A stretch of DNA of 64,000 nucleotides from Eledone cirrhosa (lineage: Eukaryota). Under the pieces are notes generated by a model. The model was not told the origin of the DNA and ran no database searches. It saw only the letters and a program-made list of their open reading frames with translations. Positions 1 to 14,523 of this stretch are shown here, one piece after another. The first letter of the stretch is position 1. Every line of letters begins with the position of its first letter. Location of the stretch: NCBI GenBank assembly GCA_964016885.1, contig OZ024742.1:214210001-214274000 (forward strand), written 5' to 3'. The position numbers and the translations under genes are program-made.

Positions 1-141
1 ATTGACATACCCTTAAAGAATGCAACCATTACTGTTGGAAGCTCCCGGATAGTCAATTACTCCAATTATTTGTTGAGTGCTTTATATCAGTTATAAAAAT
101 ATTTACTTGTTGCATCCCAACAATTTAAATAGAACTTTTAC

Positions 142-195
<54 letters not shown>

Positions 196-326
196 ATAAA
201 TGCTCTGAAATAGCGATATATATGTGAATATAGACATAGAATATTCGAAAATATTCTGTATGTTTATAATAAACATTTTGAAGACCTAATCGCTATAGAA
301 TAGAATACGTCACGTATTACAATTAG

Positions 327-415
327 ATTCTCGATAAAAGCAAGGGAAGTAATCTACGCGTTTCATTCTCGTTAGAAATCATCAGGACTACATATCCAGT
401 GCTTTTATCGAGAAT
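327..415 (-). ncRNA. Minimal type I hammerhead ribozyme (inverted copy)
   Basis: Reverse complement of 790-878 in the inverted arm. Confidence 0.8.
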
Positions 416-789
416 GACACAGCTAGAGACTTATAGAATACTTAGCTGTGTACAGGAACTGGTTTGAAAGAGCGGTTGCCGGTCCGGCAGAAATTAGAAA
501 TTGGAATAAATGCTCTGAAATAGCGATATATATGTGAATATAGACATAGAATATTCGAAAATATTCTGTATGTTTATAATAAACATTTTGAAGACCTAAT
601 CGCGATTAGGTCTTCAAAATGTTTATTATAAACATACAGAATATTTTCGAATATTCTATGTCTATATTCACATATATATCGCTATTTCAGAGCATTTATT
701 CCAATTTCTAATTTCTGCCGGACCGGCAACCGCTCTTTCAAACCAGTTCCTGTACACAGCTAAGTATTCTATAAGTCTCTAGCTGTGTC

Positions 790-878
790 ATTCTCGATAA
801 AAGCACTGGATATGTAGTCCTGATGATTTCTAACGAGAATGAAACGCGTAGATTACTTCCCTTGCTTTTATCGAGAAT
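790..878 (+). ncRNA. Minimal type I hammerhead ribozyme
   Basis: Stem I GTAGTC(814-819)/GATTAC(851-856); CTGATGA 820-826; stem II TTCT-aacg-AGAA; GAAA 841-844; palindromic CGCG loop; GTA cleavage triplet ending at 850; 16-bp distal helix ATTCTCGATAAAAGCA/TGCTTTTATCGAGAAT. Confidence 0.85.
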
Positions 879-1099
879 CTAATTGTAATACGTGACGTAT
901 TCTATTCTATAGCGATTAGGTCTTCAAAATGTTTATTATAAACATACAGAATATTTTCGAATATTCTATGTCTATATTCACATATATATCGCTATTTCAG
1001 AGCATTTATTCCAATTTCTAATTTCTGCCGGACCGGCAACCGCTCTTTCAAACCAGTTCCTGTACACAGCTAAGTATTCTATAAGTCTCTAGCTGTGTC

Positions 1100-1188
1100 A
1101 TTCTCGATAAAAGCACTGGATATGTAGTCCTGATGATTTCTAACGAGAATGAAACGCGTAGATTACTTCCCTTGCTTTTATCGAGAAT
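1100..1188 (+). ncRNA. Minimal type I hammerhead ribozyme (second tandem copy)
   Basis: Same sequence as 790-878, shifted by 310 bp. Confidence 0.85.
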
Positions 1189-1286
1189 CTAATTGTAATA
1201 CGTGACGTATTCTATTCTATAGCGATTAGGTCTTCAAAATGTTTATTATAAACATACAGAATATTTTCGAATATTCTATGTCTATA

Positions 1287-1405
<119 letters not shown>

Positions 1406-1787
1406 ATATTAGGCACAGAACGGAAACCTGTTGATAACGTGAGTCCGGGTTCGTTCTTCAAATACCACAAACTTACATATTGCGGTAGTCGGATTGTTGA
1501 TTTTGGATTCATAGAAACCAATCGAGGTTATTGTATAATATCTCTCGATACGGTCCATGTTGTTATTTAACCTGATTGTATTTTCGTTGTCGTGGTGGCT
1601 TCTGTGGTGTTGTTCCCTAACCAGAGTTTTTATTTTGTCATGCTTTTTAATATATGTTTCTTACTCTACGGTGTAACCTATCGATTTATGGATATATTCT
1701 TATAGAGTGCTTAATGCAAATCCGAATTGTTACTTCGCGGATATTGGCCGCCGACTGTCTCATAACTTCGATTTTAACATTCCACCC

Positions 1788-1865
<78 letters not shown>

Positions 1866-1879
1866 GGTGGTTGGAATGA

Positions 1880-2270
1880 AACTCTCTTTTGGAAATTACT
1901 TATAACTTTTGGCCTACTGTGACCACTGCGGACAACATCCATGACCAACATACATTCATGCAAGGTGGAGTCCCACGTCATAATATACACACTGTCTGTT
2001 ATTGGTTTGGTGTCCAATTTCCAGAACGCTGGCTGGGTCGTCGTAGTTCGCATGAATGTCATGTATATCCCTGTCCTACCATCATACCGCCTATTCCGGT
2101 GTATGTGGGGTAGGTGAAGGAAGAAGTTTATACTTCAGAACCACGAACTCTGGATCTATTGGAAGAACGCATTCCTCATATATTGATCAACATTGTGCCT
2201 GAATTCCTGATGAAACCAATTGAGAATTTACCCAAACATTTACAAACACTGGTGGGCAACGCAGTAGAAT
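1880..2270 (+). pseudogene. Tc1/mariner-type transposase C-terminal fragment
   Basis: Translates FMQGGVPRH...FPERWLGRRS...MWG*VKEEVYTSEPRTLDLLEERI, matching the QDGAPPH/FPGRWIGR/LWGxLKxxVY motifs. Disrupted. Confidence 0.65.
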
Positions 2271-2532
2271 TTTAACATTTCCTCTATTATACTGTTAAAT
2301 TGACGCACTCACACACACTCAAACCTGTGTATGTTTGTGTGTGCGTGCGTACGTGCATGCATGATTACTTGTCAGTAATCATGTACCTAACTACGAGATT
2401 TTTTCAATAACTCATATAAATTCTTACCTTGTCCTGTAAGTACCTCTTTGTAATTATGCATTTAACAAATAATTGATATTATGACTCTTTTATTCATACA
2501 GAATAAATAATTTATTAATAATAATAATAATA

Positions 2533-2620
2533 ATTGTTTCTACTATTGGCACAAGGCCAGAAATTACCCAGTGCATTACTGGTACTTATTTTATCGACCC
2601 CGTAAGGATGAAAGGCAAAA
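2533..2620 (-). mobile_element. tRNA-derived SINE, 5'-truncated copy
   Basis: Matches the 3' half of the SINE at 58985; ends in (AAT)n. Confidence 0.8.
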
Positions 2621-4309
2621 AACATAAAAATCATATGCATCTGTGTGTGTGTTTGTATGTATGCGTGTGTGAGTGGGTGTTTGACTATGTGTGTTTATGT
2701 GTTGAATTATTCTGTCTGGTCTTTGACTATCTTGTTACTACTATAAATTCCCCTGCTCTTTAGAACTCATTAAAGATTCATACACTATTGACAATGTGGA
2801 TTCGTCTAACCAAAACGTGGCAAATAATGAACTAACCAGCAATAATATTTGTGCTAGTAGTTTCTTAAATTTCAAATATAGTTATTGCAATGTTCTGCTG
2901 AACAACAATATGGGCTCAAATATTCCTGTGATTTCAGTTGATATTCCTATACAGATGAGTCCTGATCGAGCAGAAATATCGCAAAAATTATTCCAGCTAA
3001 GAGCATCCTGATATTCCCTATATGCTGAGGAACCATTTAAAGAGTATTTAACATATTTGTTACTAAGAAGTGTGAGTTGAGGGGGATTTCTCTAACATTT
3101 TATCATTCTCCTTGCTGGCATATTTCCTGTGTTTGGATTGTTAACTAGTGTTGATAAAGGATTCTCTCTGTTTGAAAAGTAAATTCAGCAAAACCTACCG
3201 TCCAGTATTTAGGCAAGGTGACATGTTTGACTGTATGTTTATTTGTCTATTTATTTGAATAGTGTAGCAAGACAAATATAAGAAGAACAAAAACAGGTTT
3301 AACAATAGCACCAACCTCAATGCAAACATCACCAGCAATACTACCAGAATATTAACTATGACCCGAACCATATTAAAAGCAATGGAAGAAAGAAAAAAAA
3401 AACAGCACGAGAAGAAAAAACTCCTACAGTTATGTTAACTTTTAGAAAATGAAAAGAACGAAATAAATATAATGAAAGTAGGATATATTACAGGGACGAA
3501 ATTGAGAACAACTATAAGATTTACAACAGCAGCAGCAACAACATGCATCAACCATAACAACAACTATACGTTCAACAACAATAAAAAGAAACAAAAGAAG
3601 GTATATGGAAATACAAACATCCACAACAAAATCATAAAAAAGTAAAGAAAGCAACAAGAATAACAACTGAATCATATTAGGAATATAAAGAAGAACAAGA
3701 AAATCTACTTGCTCTAGCAACAGTAACTACCTCTAGCAGCAATTTAGATGCGGGACAACGAGATATAAATGTCAAATGGCCGCATGAAATGATATTGCAA
3801 GGATCTACACATGCTCACACCGCCTGAAGCTCATATACGACTATATAAAATAGAATTAGATATACGAAAGTGACTACATGATGTACATAAATACATTTAT
3901 GCGCACACAAACAAGACATGCACACACAAAAACTCACATACACAAACACACACTCACACTTGCGTACAAAAAAAAAACACAAAGGCGTACATTAAACACC
4001 ATGTTAATACACATAGTGCAGTTAAATGCATAATTACAAAAAAGAGGTTTTTGTAGATGGCTCACATTTACAGGGCAAGAATTTAGATGAGCTATTGAAA
4101 AAATCTCGTAGATAGGTACACGCATACTGAAAAGCAATCATGCATGCATGCACACACACACACTCACACTCACACGCACACACATCTCAGTGTGGGTGTG
4201 AGTGAGAATATGTATCTAACTATCCACATTTAGCTGTACATTTATAAAATACAGTGGATTTCCGATATATTTGATCACATGAATGTCTATATTTATTAAT
4301 ATTCTGCAG

Positions 4310-4346
<37 letters not shown>

Positions 4347-4542
4347 TATATATATATATATATAGGCATGTACTTATGTATGTACGCGATTGTTTAGGGA
4401 TATAACTACTACCAAAAATACACATGAAAATGTGCTTATTTCACAACCAGTTTCTCTATTTAAAGGGATGCAACCTATACTTACGAACTTATCACTCCAT
4501 CTATTAATCAATCAATCTCTCTCTCTCCCTCTCTCTCTCTTT

Positions 4543-4637
<95 letters not shown>

Positions 4638-5039
4638 TGTTTCTATAGACCTTTCATTTACTCTTATTTTTGCAGAGACTGCCAGGTCTGTTGTTACTAC
4701 AAATCTGGAACTAATTGGAACAATCTAAACAACATATTAATATGTTTAAAATCTATTTATTCTTGCCAGTTTTTCAAAACGTGAGATAGTTGCAGATTAT
4801 AGCTTTTTTATTTATTTCTGGATAGCCTCTATTTAGCCAGTGAAATATATTGGTTCTTTAGTATCATACTACCTATATGTAGTGGGAATCACTGCCGCTG
4901 GTATAAAGGAGACCTTTATATGTTGTAAACAATTATCCTTCCATATATTGAACCTAACATTAAAATGCATACTTTCAAGAAAGTGAAAGTGAAAATTTGT
5001 AACATACAACTTAGAGATGGATGATGGCTGATATCCCAC

Positions 5040-5285
5040 CAATTAACGAGATCCCACACTTCATTCGCTTACCAAGTGGAGTGCAACACGTTAAATCAAA
5101 CCAGCTATGTTTCCATTCGTTTATCCATTACTGATACTGTCTATCGCTCGCCACTCCTGGCAGAAGGAGCAGCACGAAATAACGTGTCTTGCACAAGGGC
5201 GTACCGCATCGCCCGGTCTGGGAATCGTGCTCATAACCTCACGATTGCAAATCCAATTATCTAACCGCTAAGTCCCGTGCCTTTA
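5040..5285 (-). mobile_element. Older tRNA-derived SINE (different family)
   Basis: Minus strand begins with a tRNA-like head (GGCACGGGACTTAGCGGTTAG...GAGCACGATTCCC) followed by a CCCTTGTGCAAGACAC SINE-like core. Confidence 0.55.
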
Positions 5286-6079
5286 ATAATTATCCCATAG
5301 ATTTGAAAAAAAAAAACAAGAAAAATCTAAGGAATTATCTAAATCAAAGTCAAATAAAACAGCAGATTATATCAGTGCAAATTTGAAAACCCTGAAAAAT
5401 AATTACAGATGAAATAAAGAGATGTTGGTGTATTTTAGATGAGGGAATTCCGTTATATAGGAATGAAATGAATAGCGTTTAGACATGAAGTTGAATATGG
5501 ATGGAGTTTATCATGAAAGCCGTAAAAATGTAGGAAATGGTTACATCTAAATAGTGAAGGCGTCTTTGGTGAAATAAATTGGATGCATGCTTTAATGTTC
5601 TCTTCCGTTGATAAATATCCATCACAAGGCCTGTGTCAAGTTCTGCATACAATTTGTTTCATGTTTATTTATCCATTATTAATTTATTCAGAAACAACAT
5701 CAGTTATGTTTTAACCGACATGTTGCCTCCAGAAAATTCATTAGATCATTTAATAGATGTCTAAGTATTTCCATTTGAATAAATTCCCATGCTAATATAT
5801 CTGTTATTTTTTATGTTGGTCTATTTAATGCACGGATAATGCCCTTTAAACCTTGTGCTCAACTGCAATATTCTAGAAATAATAGATACATTGTAATGAC
5901 ACGATACTAATGGGTACATTTAAACATATCTCTATCCATTTCTGTACGTTTAAGTTGCCATAGATTTACAGTAAGCAGCATTCTGCATCTATCCTAACAA
6001 TCCAACGAACACATGTCACCGAACTTCCCTGGCATTAGATATCTATTCTATATATCTTCAAGAGAAAAAACGGAAAACG

Positions 6080-6390
6080 TTATACTCTACATTTACTAGG
6101 CATGATCATAAAACTGTGACGTTCATGATTTTATTGTCAAGTCAAGAGTATTCAAACTATACGATCATATAAAAAGATCAACTCATGGTATGAGTAGGTT
6201 ATGCATGGAAGCAAGGTTGGCTGGTAAGAGAAGCAGAGGACGGCAGCCAAAACGATGGCTTCATAATGTCAACTTAAGGACTGGACTTGATCTTTGCTCT
6301 TTGAACTATGCTGTTGGTGATCAAACTTAGTTGAGAAACATATCTCATGTTGAGCAGTCTGCATCAGGCGTCACAAGAAGAGGAAGAATA
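6080..6390 (+). pseudogene. RTE-clade LINE 3' fragment
   Basis: Translates ...LYDHIKRS...LCMEARLAGKRSRGRQPKRWLHNV, resembling the RTE C-terminal GxRxRGRPxxRW motif. Confidence 0.65.
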
Positions 6391-7134
6391 AAACAATTTA
6401 AGCGGGAATAGAAACTACACTCGAGGATGTAATATATAGAAACATATTTATTTATTTATTTATTCATTTATTTATTTATTTAGGGATCTATTTATTTGTT
6501 TACTTACACTAGTAGGACGTATCCGAAATATCAGCAGTAATGATTTATATATGAACAATAACTCTCCTGCAATATCTGTCCCGTAACCAAGCTAAAACTA
6601 TAAAATAAGGGACGGCGCGGTTAACATTCAGAGACAATTGTTTGTTTAGAAAAGTGACTGTAAACGTTATTAAAAATCTAAGAAAATAAAGAGTCTGTGA
6701 GAGAAAATTTATTGAAGGACGGTTTAAACTCCATACCAACCATGGAAGTAGAGGGAAATAGTCATATATAACTCCAAAGACAAAAGGTTATGAACTCAGG
6801 AAGCAATGAAATAAAACTCTACACTAGGTGAATATAGACACAGTATTCTTTAGAAAATGTTTTTATATTTATTGAATTATAATAATAAATTTAACAACCA
6901 ATAATCATAAAGTCATCGAAAAATCAATGGCCGAGAAATGACGAAATCAACGACAGTGATGGAAAGTAATAAAATGCGCTGAGACTATGGCTTGTGGTAT
7001 AATAACTTCGTAAAAAAGATGATTAATAACAACTGTATTATAGTTGGTCACGTGGAAAATTGAAAACCATGCTAAGAACCACTATGATTAAATGAATCAT
7101 TGAATATCAGCACATGTGCCTTGTAACCTGTATG

Positions 7135-7167
<33 letters not shown>

Positions 7168-7170
7168 ATA

Positions 7171-7300
<130 letters not shown>

Positions 7301-9207
7301 TGTGTGTGCGCATGTGTGTGTACGTACCTTGTACATATATTTTCCGCATTATCATTTCAATTATTTTACGACATACTTTGTAAATGTATGTCACTATTTC
7401 TTATTTTATCAAATTGCCGTCACTTGATTTCCTTCCTATCTTCCACTACAACATCAATCTTCTTAACATTATTCTTAACATTATTCGTCATGTACCGCTT
7501 CACTACTAACACTATATTTATTTAGTACTCTTGGGACTTCCTCAAGTGGACATGGATGACAATATTATCAGTTCGACTTTTTGTTGCTGAGGATTAGCAA
7601 TCAGATTACTGATTTTAACAGAGCTTCTTTACAGAAAAATTCTTCAAACCTGCATTCGTTGTCATTGTTGCATAATTTAAGCATTTTATTTTAACTTTTT
7701 GTGTAATGTTTTGTTTTTCATTTATTTATTATTTTTTATTTGCTTATTGATTCTGCTAACCCTTCGGTGGCGTGCAGTAATTATGCAGTATTCACTTATA
7801 GATTTTGGACAGCAACGTTTACAATTCTCCCTACGGTTGATTTTTTTTACTTTGCTTTTCAGTTCTATTTTTATAATCGTTCTTCTTACTTTTGTTCATT
7901 TATGCAGCAATAAAGCTTTTTTGCTTAGCAAAATGATAGTAAAGAAGAAAACGAAATGAGAAAAAAAACACCGAAGAAACATCTTAGCGAAAATAGTATT
8001 ACATAAAAAAGAAAGAAAAAAAAAATCGAATAAATTCACCAATAATATAAAAAAAGCAGTCATTGCAATGTCTCGTTGCTCATGTCTTAAATGTTAGAAT
8101 GTATTCTAGACGGCGTAAGATTCCTTCTTGGTTATGGATATTGTAAAATATAAAATATTTCATTGCATTTCGTGGTTGCCTTATTGAATTTATGAAATCA
8201 GTGTTTGCCTTTTCCTACAGCTAGATCCTACAAATTATTTGTATTCAGCCTGTACCCATTTTCCATATCAGAAAAATATCTTTTGTCATCGTACAAAATA
8301 AAAAAAAACAGTTTTTGTAATGCAGATTCTGATTAACTTCTTTTCATTTTAGCTCCTCTGAGCAACAGTAAGGTCTAGAAAAGTCCATAAACGAACTTCG
8401 GTTTCTTTCTATAGTGATTTCAGTTCAATTATATCAATACTGTTGTTTTAAAATCACATCACATGCACTAGCCTTTTATTAAATCTGTTACCTTGTAGTT
8501 AGTAATACAATCTTTATGGAAGTATCGAAGCACGGTACAGAATAGAGATGGGATTCATCTGTGACCAGACATCGAAACTCCGCTTATAATGATTTATTGA
8601 AAAACGAAAGTTCATAGAAGTATTTAATGAATTATCATGAGAAATGATTATCGTGAGAAGCCTGTCATTTCTTGTTAGTGATCTAACGAGGGAGCTTGTA
8701 ACTACTTACTCGACCTAATAAACTTAACAGATATGTCTATTTCCAAAATGGAAAAAGACAAATTATATAGTGTACCACCGCAGTCCCCTACAATTAGAGG
8801 ATAGTTACAATCAAAATGAATTTCATCATAAAACGTTTTGATCAATATTGACATCATGATTAAACAACAACTTCTAATGATAGTAAAAACTAACATTTTA
8901 TAAATGTACATGTGTACGGATATATGGGTGCGTGGGCGCATGTTTATATGCATATATTTACAGACAGGCACACACACACACACATATGTGTATATATATT
9001 TATACTCATTTAAGATACCACAACATATATAATAAGTATAATGCGTATGTTTCTCAGTGATCTTTGATCGATTGCTTAGATCGATTTTTGTTATGGTTTA
9101 CGAATCATAAAATGGTACCACAAGGAAAGAAGATCTTTCCCACCCTAAAGAAAGTATTTTTCCCTAAATATCATGTGCTTTATGTTTTTCAAACAATAAA
9201 TTGCTCA

Positions 9208-9285
<78 letters not shown>

Positions 9286-9295
9286 ATCTCTCTCT

Positions 9296-9342
<47 letters not shown>

Positions 9343-10374
9343 TATATATATATATATGTGTATATCTTTTAATTTGAATTGTAAATATATATATATATAT
9401 ATTACAAGAAGCACTCATGAGGGACACGACTCTCACACACATATACAAACATATTAATACATATATATATCTATGTATATATATATATATATCTGTATAT
9501 ATATATGTGCGTGTGTGTATGTGTGTGTGTGTATGTGTGTATGTGTGTGAATGTGTGTGTGTGTGTGTGTGTATGAATGTGCGTGTATGTAGAGAGAGAG
9601 AGAAAGAGAAAGTGTGTGAGAAATAAGGAGAGGAAGATAAATAGAAACGTGTGCACGTAAATACAGAAAGGCCACTTAGTTCAGCGTTACAGTTTCTACT
9701 GCACTTTAGACGAGACAGAAAATGTCCGATCTTAGAAGGAAGGAGTGGGGACTCTTCACCACAACTATACTAATGTGAGCAAATGAAAAACAACGTAGAT
9801 ACATGATACTACTCTTTATACGAGAATCTGATATCGATTGGTGGTTAATCAGTGACATTTAATATCGTAGAATTAATGAGTTTCCAGCCCAGTTAACAAA
9901 TAAGAAATATTTTGAAGTCAAAACATCTTAAACTTACTGAAATTGTGTGAATAAATTATTGACGTATTTTTCGTTGTTGTTGATGCTTAACCTAAGGTCA
10001 GACCAGATCTTGTAGACCAATGATCAACTCACGATTTCTTTTCTTTTTCAGTCACATTCCATATACGACCACATTATGTGTCCTTTTTTTATGTTTAAAG
10101 ACAACAGCGTATTATCTGATGGATATTTGGCTTTCTTGCAAATTAAAACGATAGAACTTAATTACACGAACTTATATATATATATTTTCCAAAAATAGAA
10201 GAAATGAAAATCAGTGCCGCCATATAAGAAGAAATAGAAACAATCAAGACAATGAAAGCAAAAGGAAAAAGGAAGACAGTGCTCAATCGGGAAGCGAGCT
10301 AGTATATTATATTATACTATACATACATCCATGTATACATCGCTATTTCAGAGCACCAATGCTATATTATATTA

Positions 10375-10615
10375 GTTATTTATGTTCAGACATGGAACAA
10401 AAACAATACCTAAGGTGACAAGGCCCAATACTGACCATATCTCCAGAATGTAAGAGGGATCAAAAGTGTGACTTAATATTCAGGCGCTTAAACAACTCGT
10501 ATAAACGCCTGAAAATTAGGTCAGAATTTTATTCCCTCTTACAACCTGGAGATATGGCCAGTATCGGGCCATGAAAACTTAGATTGCACTTTTGTGACAT
10601 ATATGAACATTAAAT
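10375..10615. repeat. Imperfect ~240-bp palindrome (fold-back/MITE-like)
   Basis: GGCCCAATACTGACCATATCTCCAG...GTAAGAGGGA mirrored by TCCCTCTTAC...CTGGAGATATGGCCAGTATCGGGCC; centre about 10495. Confidence 0.7.
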
Positions 10616-10664
10616 AATATAATATAATATAATATAATTGTTTCTACTTTTGGCACAAGGCCTA

Positions 10665-12640
10665 TTGGATGCTGTTAGGGAGTCGTTAAGGCCGATATAG
10701 TTATTGTTAGGTGTAGGTGCGTCTGTGCTAAGGTGCTGTGTCTTGGTGATCTTACTGTAATTAGTTGTTCCTATGATGTCTGCTAGGTTAGGAGCAGTAG
10801 AGAAGGATATTTTTATATTGTTCCTATTAAGGATTTTTCTATACCTATGGTTGGGTGGGAAGTTCTTCTCTAAGGCTTCGAAGAATATTCGGGTATGTTG
10901 GTGATCGGTTATAGATATGGCTTACTATAACGTTCGTCTTATGAAGGAGGGGGGGGGGTTCTGGAGCTACCGTTAGGGATGTAGGAAATTCCTCGGTTAA
11001 AGCCAGCACTTATCAAGGCGCTATTGTAGTAATCTGACGCTTTGTTGAAGATATCCTCATTGGCGGAGAGCCTCGAGATCCTATATGAGATGCTATAGAC
11101 TATGGAGTTGAGAGTCTACTTAGGGTGGTTGGAGGCATAATTAATATAAGAAAGGTTCTCTCCAGGCTTATGGTATGTCTTGTATAGGCCCGCACTAAAC
11201 TCCAGGGTCACGTCCAGGAAGATGACAACCTGGTGGTTGAGGTCTATCGTTACGGATAGACCGTATGACTTGAAGAACCTGTGTATATGCTTGTTAAGGT
11301 TCTCTATCCTACGAGGGCTATGGTTCCTAACGGTAAACAGGGCGTCGTCCCTATATACACCTCCTTGTAGGGCCGGTATTTCGTCCCTAAGCTTATGGAG
11401 GAGGTATATTCCGACCAGGTCAGTTGCTTGCGCTGAGTCGCTGGGCCCCATCGTGATATCGAAGTTATCAGAACGGTTGGTTCTGGTCCAGTGGGAGACT
11501 TCGAACTGGATAATGGTTCTAAGCGCCGCTAGAACTATGTCTATTTCTTTTTTAGTGAAGCTAGTGTTAGATTTAGCTAAGATGAGTGCCTTATTTAATT
11601 GTATGGTGGAGATAGAGGCGTATTAACTATCTATGTCAAACTGGATGAACTTCAGGGTCGCTTTATCAGGCAACTCAGTGAACCAATTTATGACCTGGTC
11701 GGTGTTGCCCCAGAGGCAGACCTTAGCCTTTCTATTAAGCTCCAGTAGTACTCTATCTAGGATCACTTTACTAATCTTACCTATATCAGATGTAGAGGGA
11801 CATATTAGTCTAATAGAGGGGCTTTCATTAAAGTTACATTTGTGATCCTTAAGGGAGAATCTAGGCGTCAGAGGGACGTACGGGTTTGTGTACTTTTCTA
11901 TTTCTAAGCTGGTAACTATATCCTTCCCTACTCTATTTATGTCATTTAGGGTACTAATGGGTGTCTGTTTGTAGTCTTTGTGTAGTTCTTTATACATGAA
12001 TTGTTTATACTTGCTCGCGTCCATCTTGTACAGCTTCTTGGTTTTGTCGGAGGTGACGAAGAGATGTGGGTCATTCTTGGTCTTAGTGATGAGTGTATCA
12101 AGGGACGTTAAGAATGGATTGCTGCATTGGTGTTTCTTTTTTAACTTAACGTTTCTGATCATTTTTAGGAGGTCCTCCTCAAAGGTGTCTAGTAAGGTGT
12201 TGTACAGTGGCTTTCGGTATGTTTTGAAGCCATACCTCTCTTTAGGTTCAGGAAGGTTACGGGTGTTCCTATCCAGGTGGTAGGCCTTCCATCTGACTCT
12301 CCGTATAAACGAGTTAGTAGCGTCTATAAGTTGTTTGAGGTAGGTTTTTCTGCTCGGTAAGGGATACACTTGAGAGACATAGATAGCGGCTGATTCTCCA
12401 ACATTATGGCAAATAAAGTGAGATGCTCTACAAAAGGGGCACGGTAATAGAGTATTTACGTATTGAGAGAGAGAAAAAAGGAGGGATAGGTGATACATGT
12501 AGTTATTTGCCAAATAGCGTATGCCAAAGGTAGTCAATACTAGTGCCGGCAGTATTAAATATTAGAGGTGTTAATATTTAGTGGGCTAGAGAGTTAGCAG
12601 AGCGTAAGCACGTGGAAAAATAAGAAATAAGAGAACAGGC
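10665..12640 (-). mobile_element. Penelope-like element, decayed RT ORF, 3'-truncated
   Basis: ORFs 12537-11623 and 11451-11116: RRVRWKA, SDKTKKLY, LKDHK..F....IRLICP, FIQFDIDS, MGPSDSA, GVYRDD, FLDVTL, YINYASNHP. Downstream reads FPPNH..RKILNRNNIKISFSTAPNL. No intact GIY-YIG domain seen. Confidence 0.85.
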
Positions 12641-13098
12641 CGTTAATACATGTTTATTTAAACCGTTAATACATGTTTATTTAAAACGGCACTAGTATTG
12701 AGTACCTTCTGCATTTAGCACGTGTTAAACCCCTTTAAATTTGTATCAGTTCTGGTACTACTCAATTTATACACGTTTTTTCTATTCTCAAGTTATTAAC
12801 CTGTAATTGTAAGATAGCATTGTGATTTTTTTTATTCATTTCTCACTATATATTTTTTTATTTATTTCTATTATCTTTTATTGTCTCCTACTCTCATTCG
12901 AATTACCTATTCTATAACCTCCCTCCTCCACTTCATACACTAACCTTAGAATCTGCTGTATACATATCACTTTCAACGCTTAACAGCTCCACGCACACCT
13001 CTATTGTTCTACAGGGAAGTTCAGCCACCCCTATCCCACCAAATGCCATGATAGACTTATTTGTGTTTACAACAAATTTTAACCAATCCTCAAGGAAG

Positions 13099-13197
13099 TA
13101 CCCCTTGACAATTTCGGCTATTTATTCACCAGGCTAAAAAATTCTAATTTAGTCCAGAAATAGCCGTCGAAACGGCTTGAGCTCTGCCGTCGGGGTA
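13099..13197 (+). ncRNA. Decayed type I hammerhead-like motif
   Basis: Stem I TACCCC/GGGGTA; core TTGACAA (two changes from CTGACGA); long stem II CGGCTATTT...AAATAGCCG; GAAA; stem III CGGC/GCCG; GTC site. Confidence 0.6.
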
Positions 13198-13287
13198 ATA
13201 CTTTTTCCTATTTCCCACTCTACTACCCTAAGTATTGAGTACTCTGGTGCGTTATGGTCCATCTGGTTCCTTACCACAATTCATTTG

Positions 13288-13344
<57 letters not shown>

Positions 13345-13784
13345 TATATATATATACATATATATGTATATTTATATATATATATATAGGTATGTATATA
13401 TATATACAAATGTGCATGTTTGTATATTTGAGTACATGCGTGTCAGCTAACGTTTATAAGTATATACACAAGGAAATGTTATACATATATATTTATTGCT
13501 ATCCTAGTTCAACTCTGATTCATATTATGAATATAGGATAGGTTATTTCAATTGAACACAAGAATCATGGGTTTGTTTGACTTTCAGACAAAAGCTGCTT
13601 AAAGGAAATATAATAATATATATAAACATATATCTATAGTTAAGTCAGAACGGTTTCATAAGCTGTAGCTTCCGATACTATGTAGTAAACTGAGAAATTG
13701 TTAGAAACAGTAAATGAGAAAGAATGTGAGAGTGTGAAAGAGAAAGCGAGAGAATTAAATTGTCTATATTCGTATGGTTTTGGC

Positions 13785-13832
<48 letters not shown>

Positions 13833-13957
13833 TAATATTTAAATATTATTTATAGTTTTTTGTTTACTTGAAATTTTTCGCAGATACTGTTTTCTGACAA
13901 CAACTGTGATTCCTTTATTCAGTGCATAGTTTGTGAAGTTAAGCACTCAAAATACTA

Positions 13958-14017
<60 letters not shown>

Positions 14018-14045
14018 TAACTATAGATATGTATTTATGTATATT

Positions 14046-14159
<114 letters not shown>

Positions 14160-14487
14160 AGTTATAAGAATCAAACTTCTGTTCAAATCATTTATATGCT
14201 TACAATTCTTTCCTCCAAACCGAGGTTTGAATTCTTCGGGGCAATTTATTAATGAATGAACACATATATGACCTCCTTTTCAACCCAAGAGACATACAGA
14301 TACATATGCAAACATTGTTGCTTGGTGGGTCGACATCCAATATAACATTAATGCGATAGGACAGTCATAAGCAGTTATTGAGTGCAATAGTTACACGTGT
14401 GGCAAGCAGGTGTGTCTTGTTTATATAATGCTATATTGCGGCAGAGTGCTACATGTAATAGAAGCACTTAAACGAGTGATCAATACT

Positions 14488-14522
<35 letters not shown>

Positions 14523-14523
<1 letters not shown>

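Noticed and set aside
2950-3000. CAGATGA...GAAA hammerhead-like spacing
   Set aside because: No helix I/III; looks like an old dispersed repeat, loosely similar to about 9975-10140.
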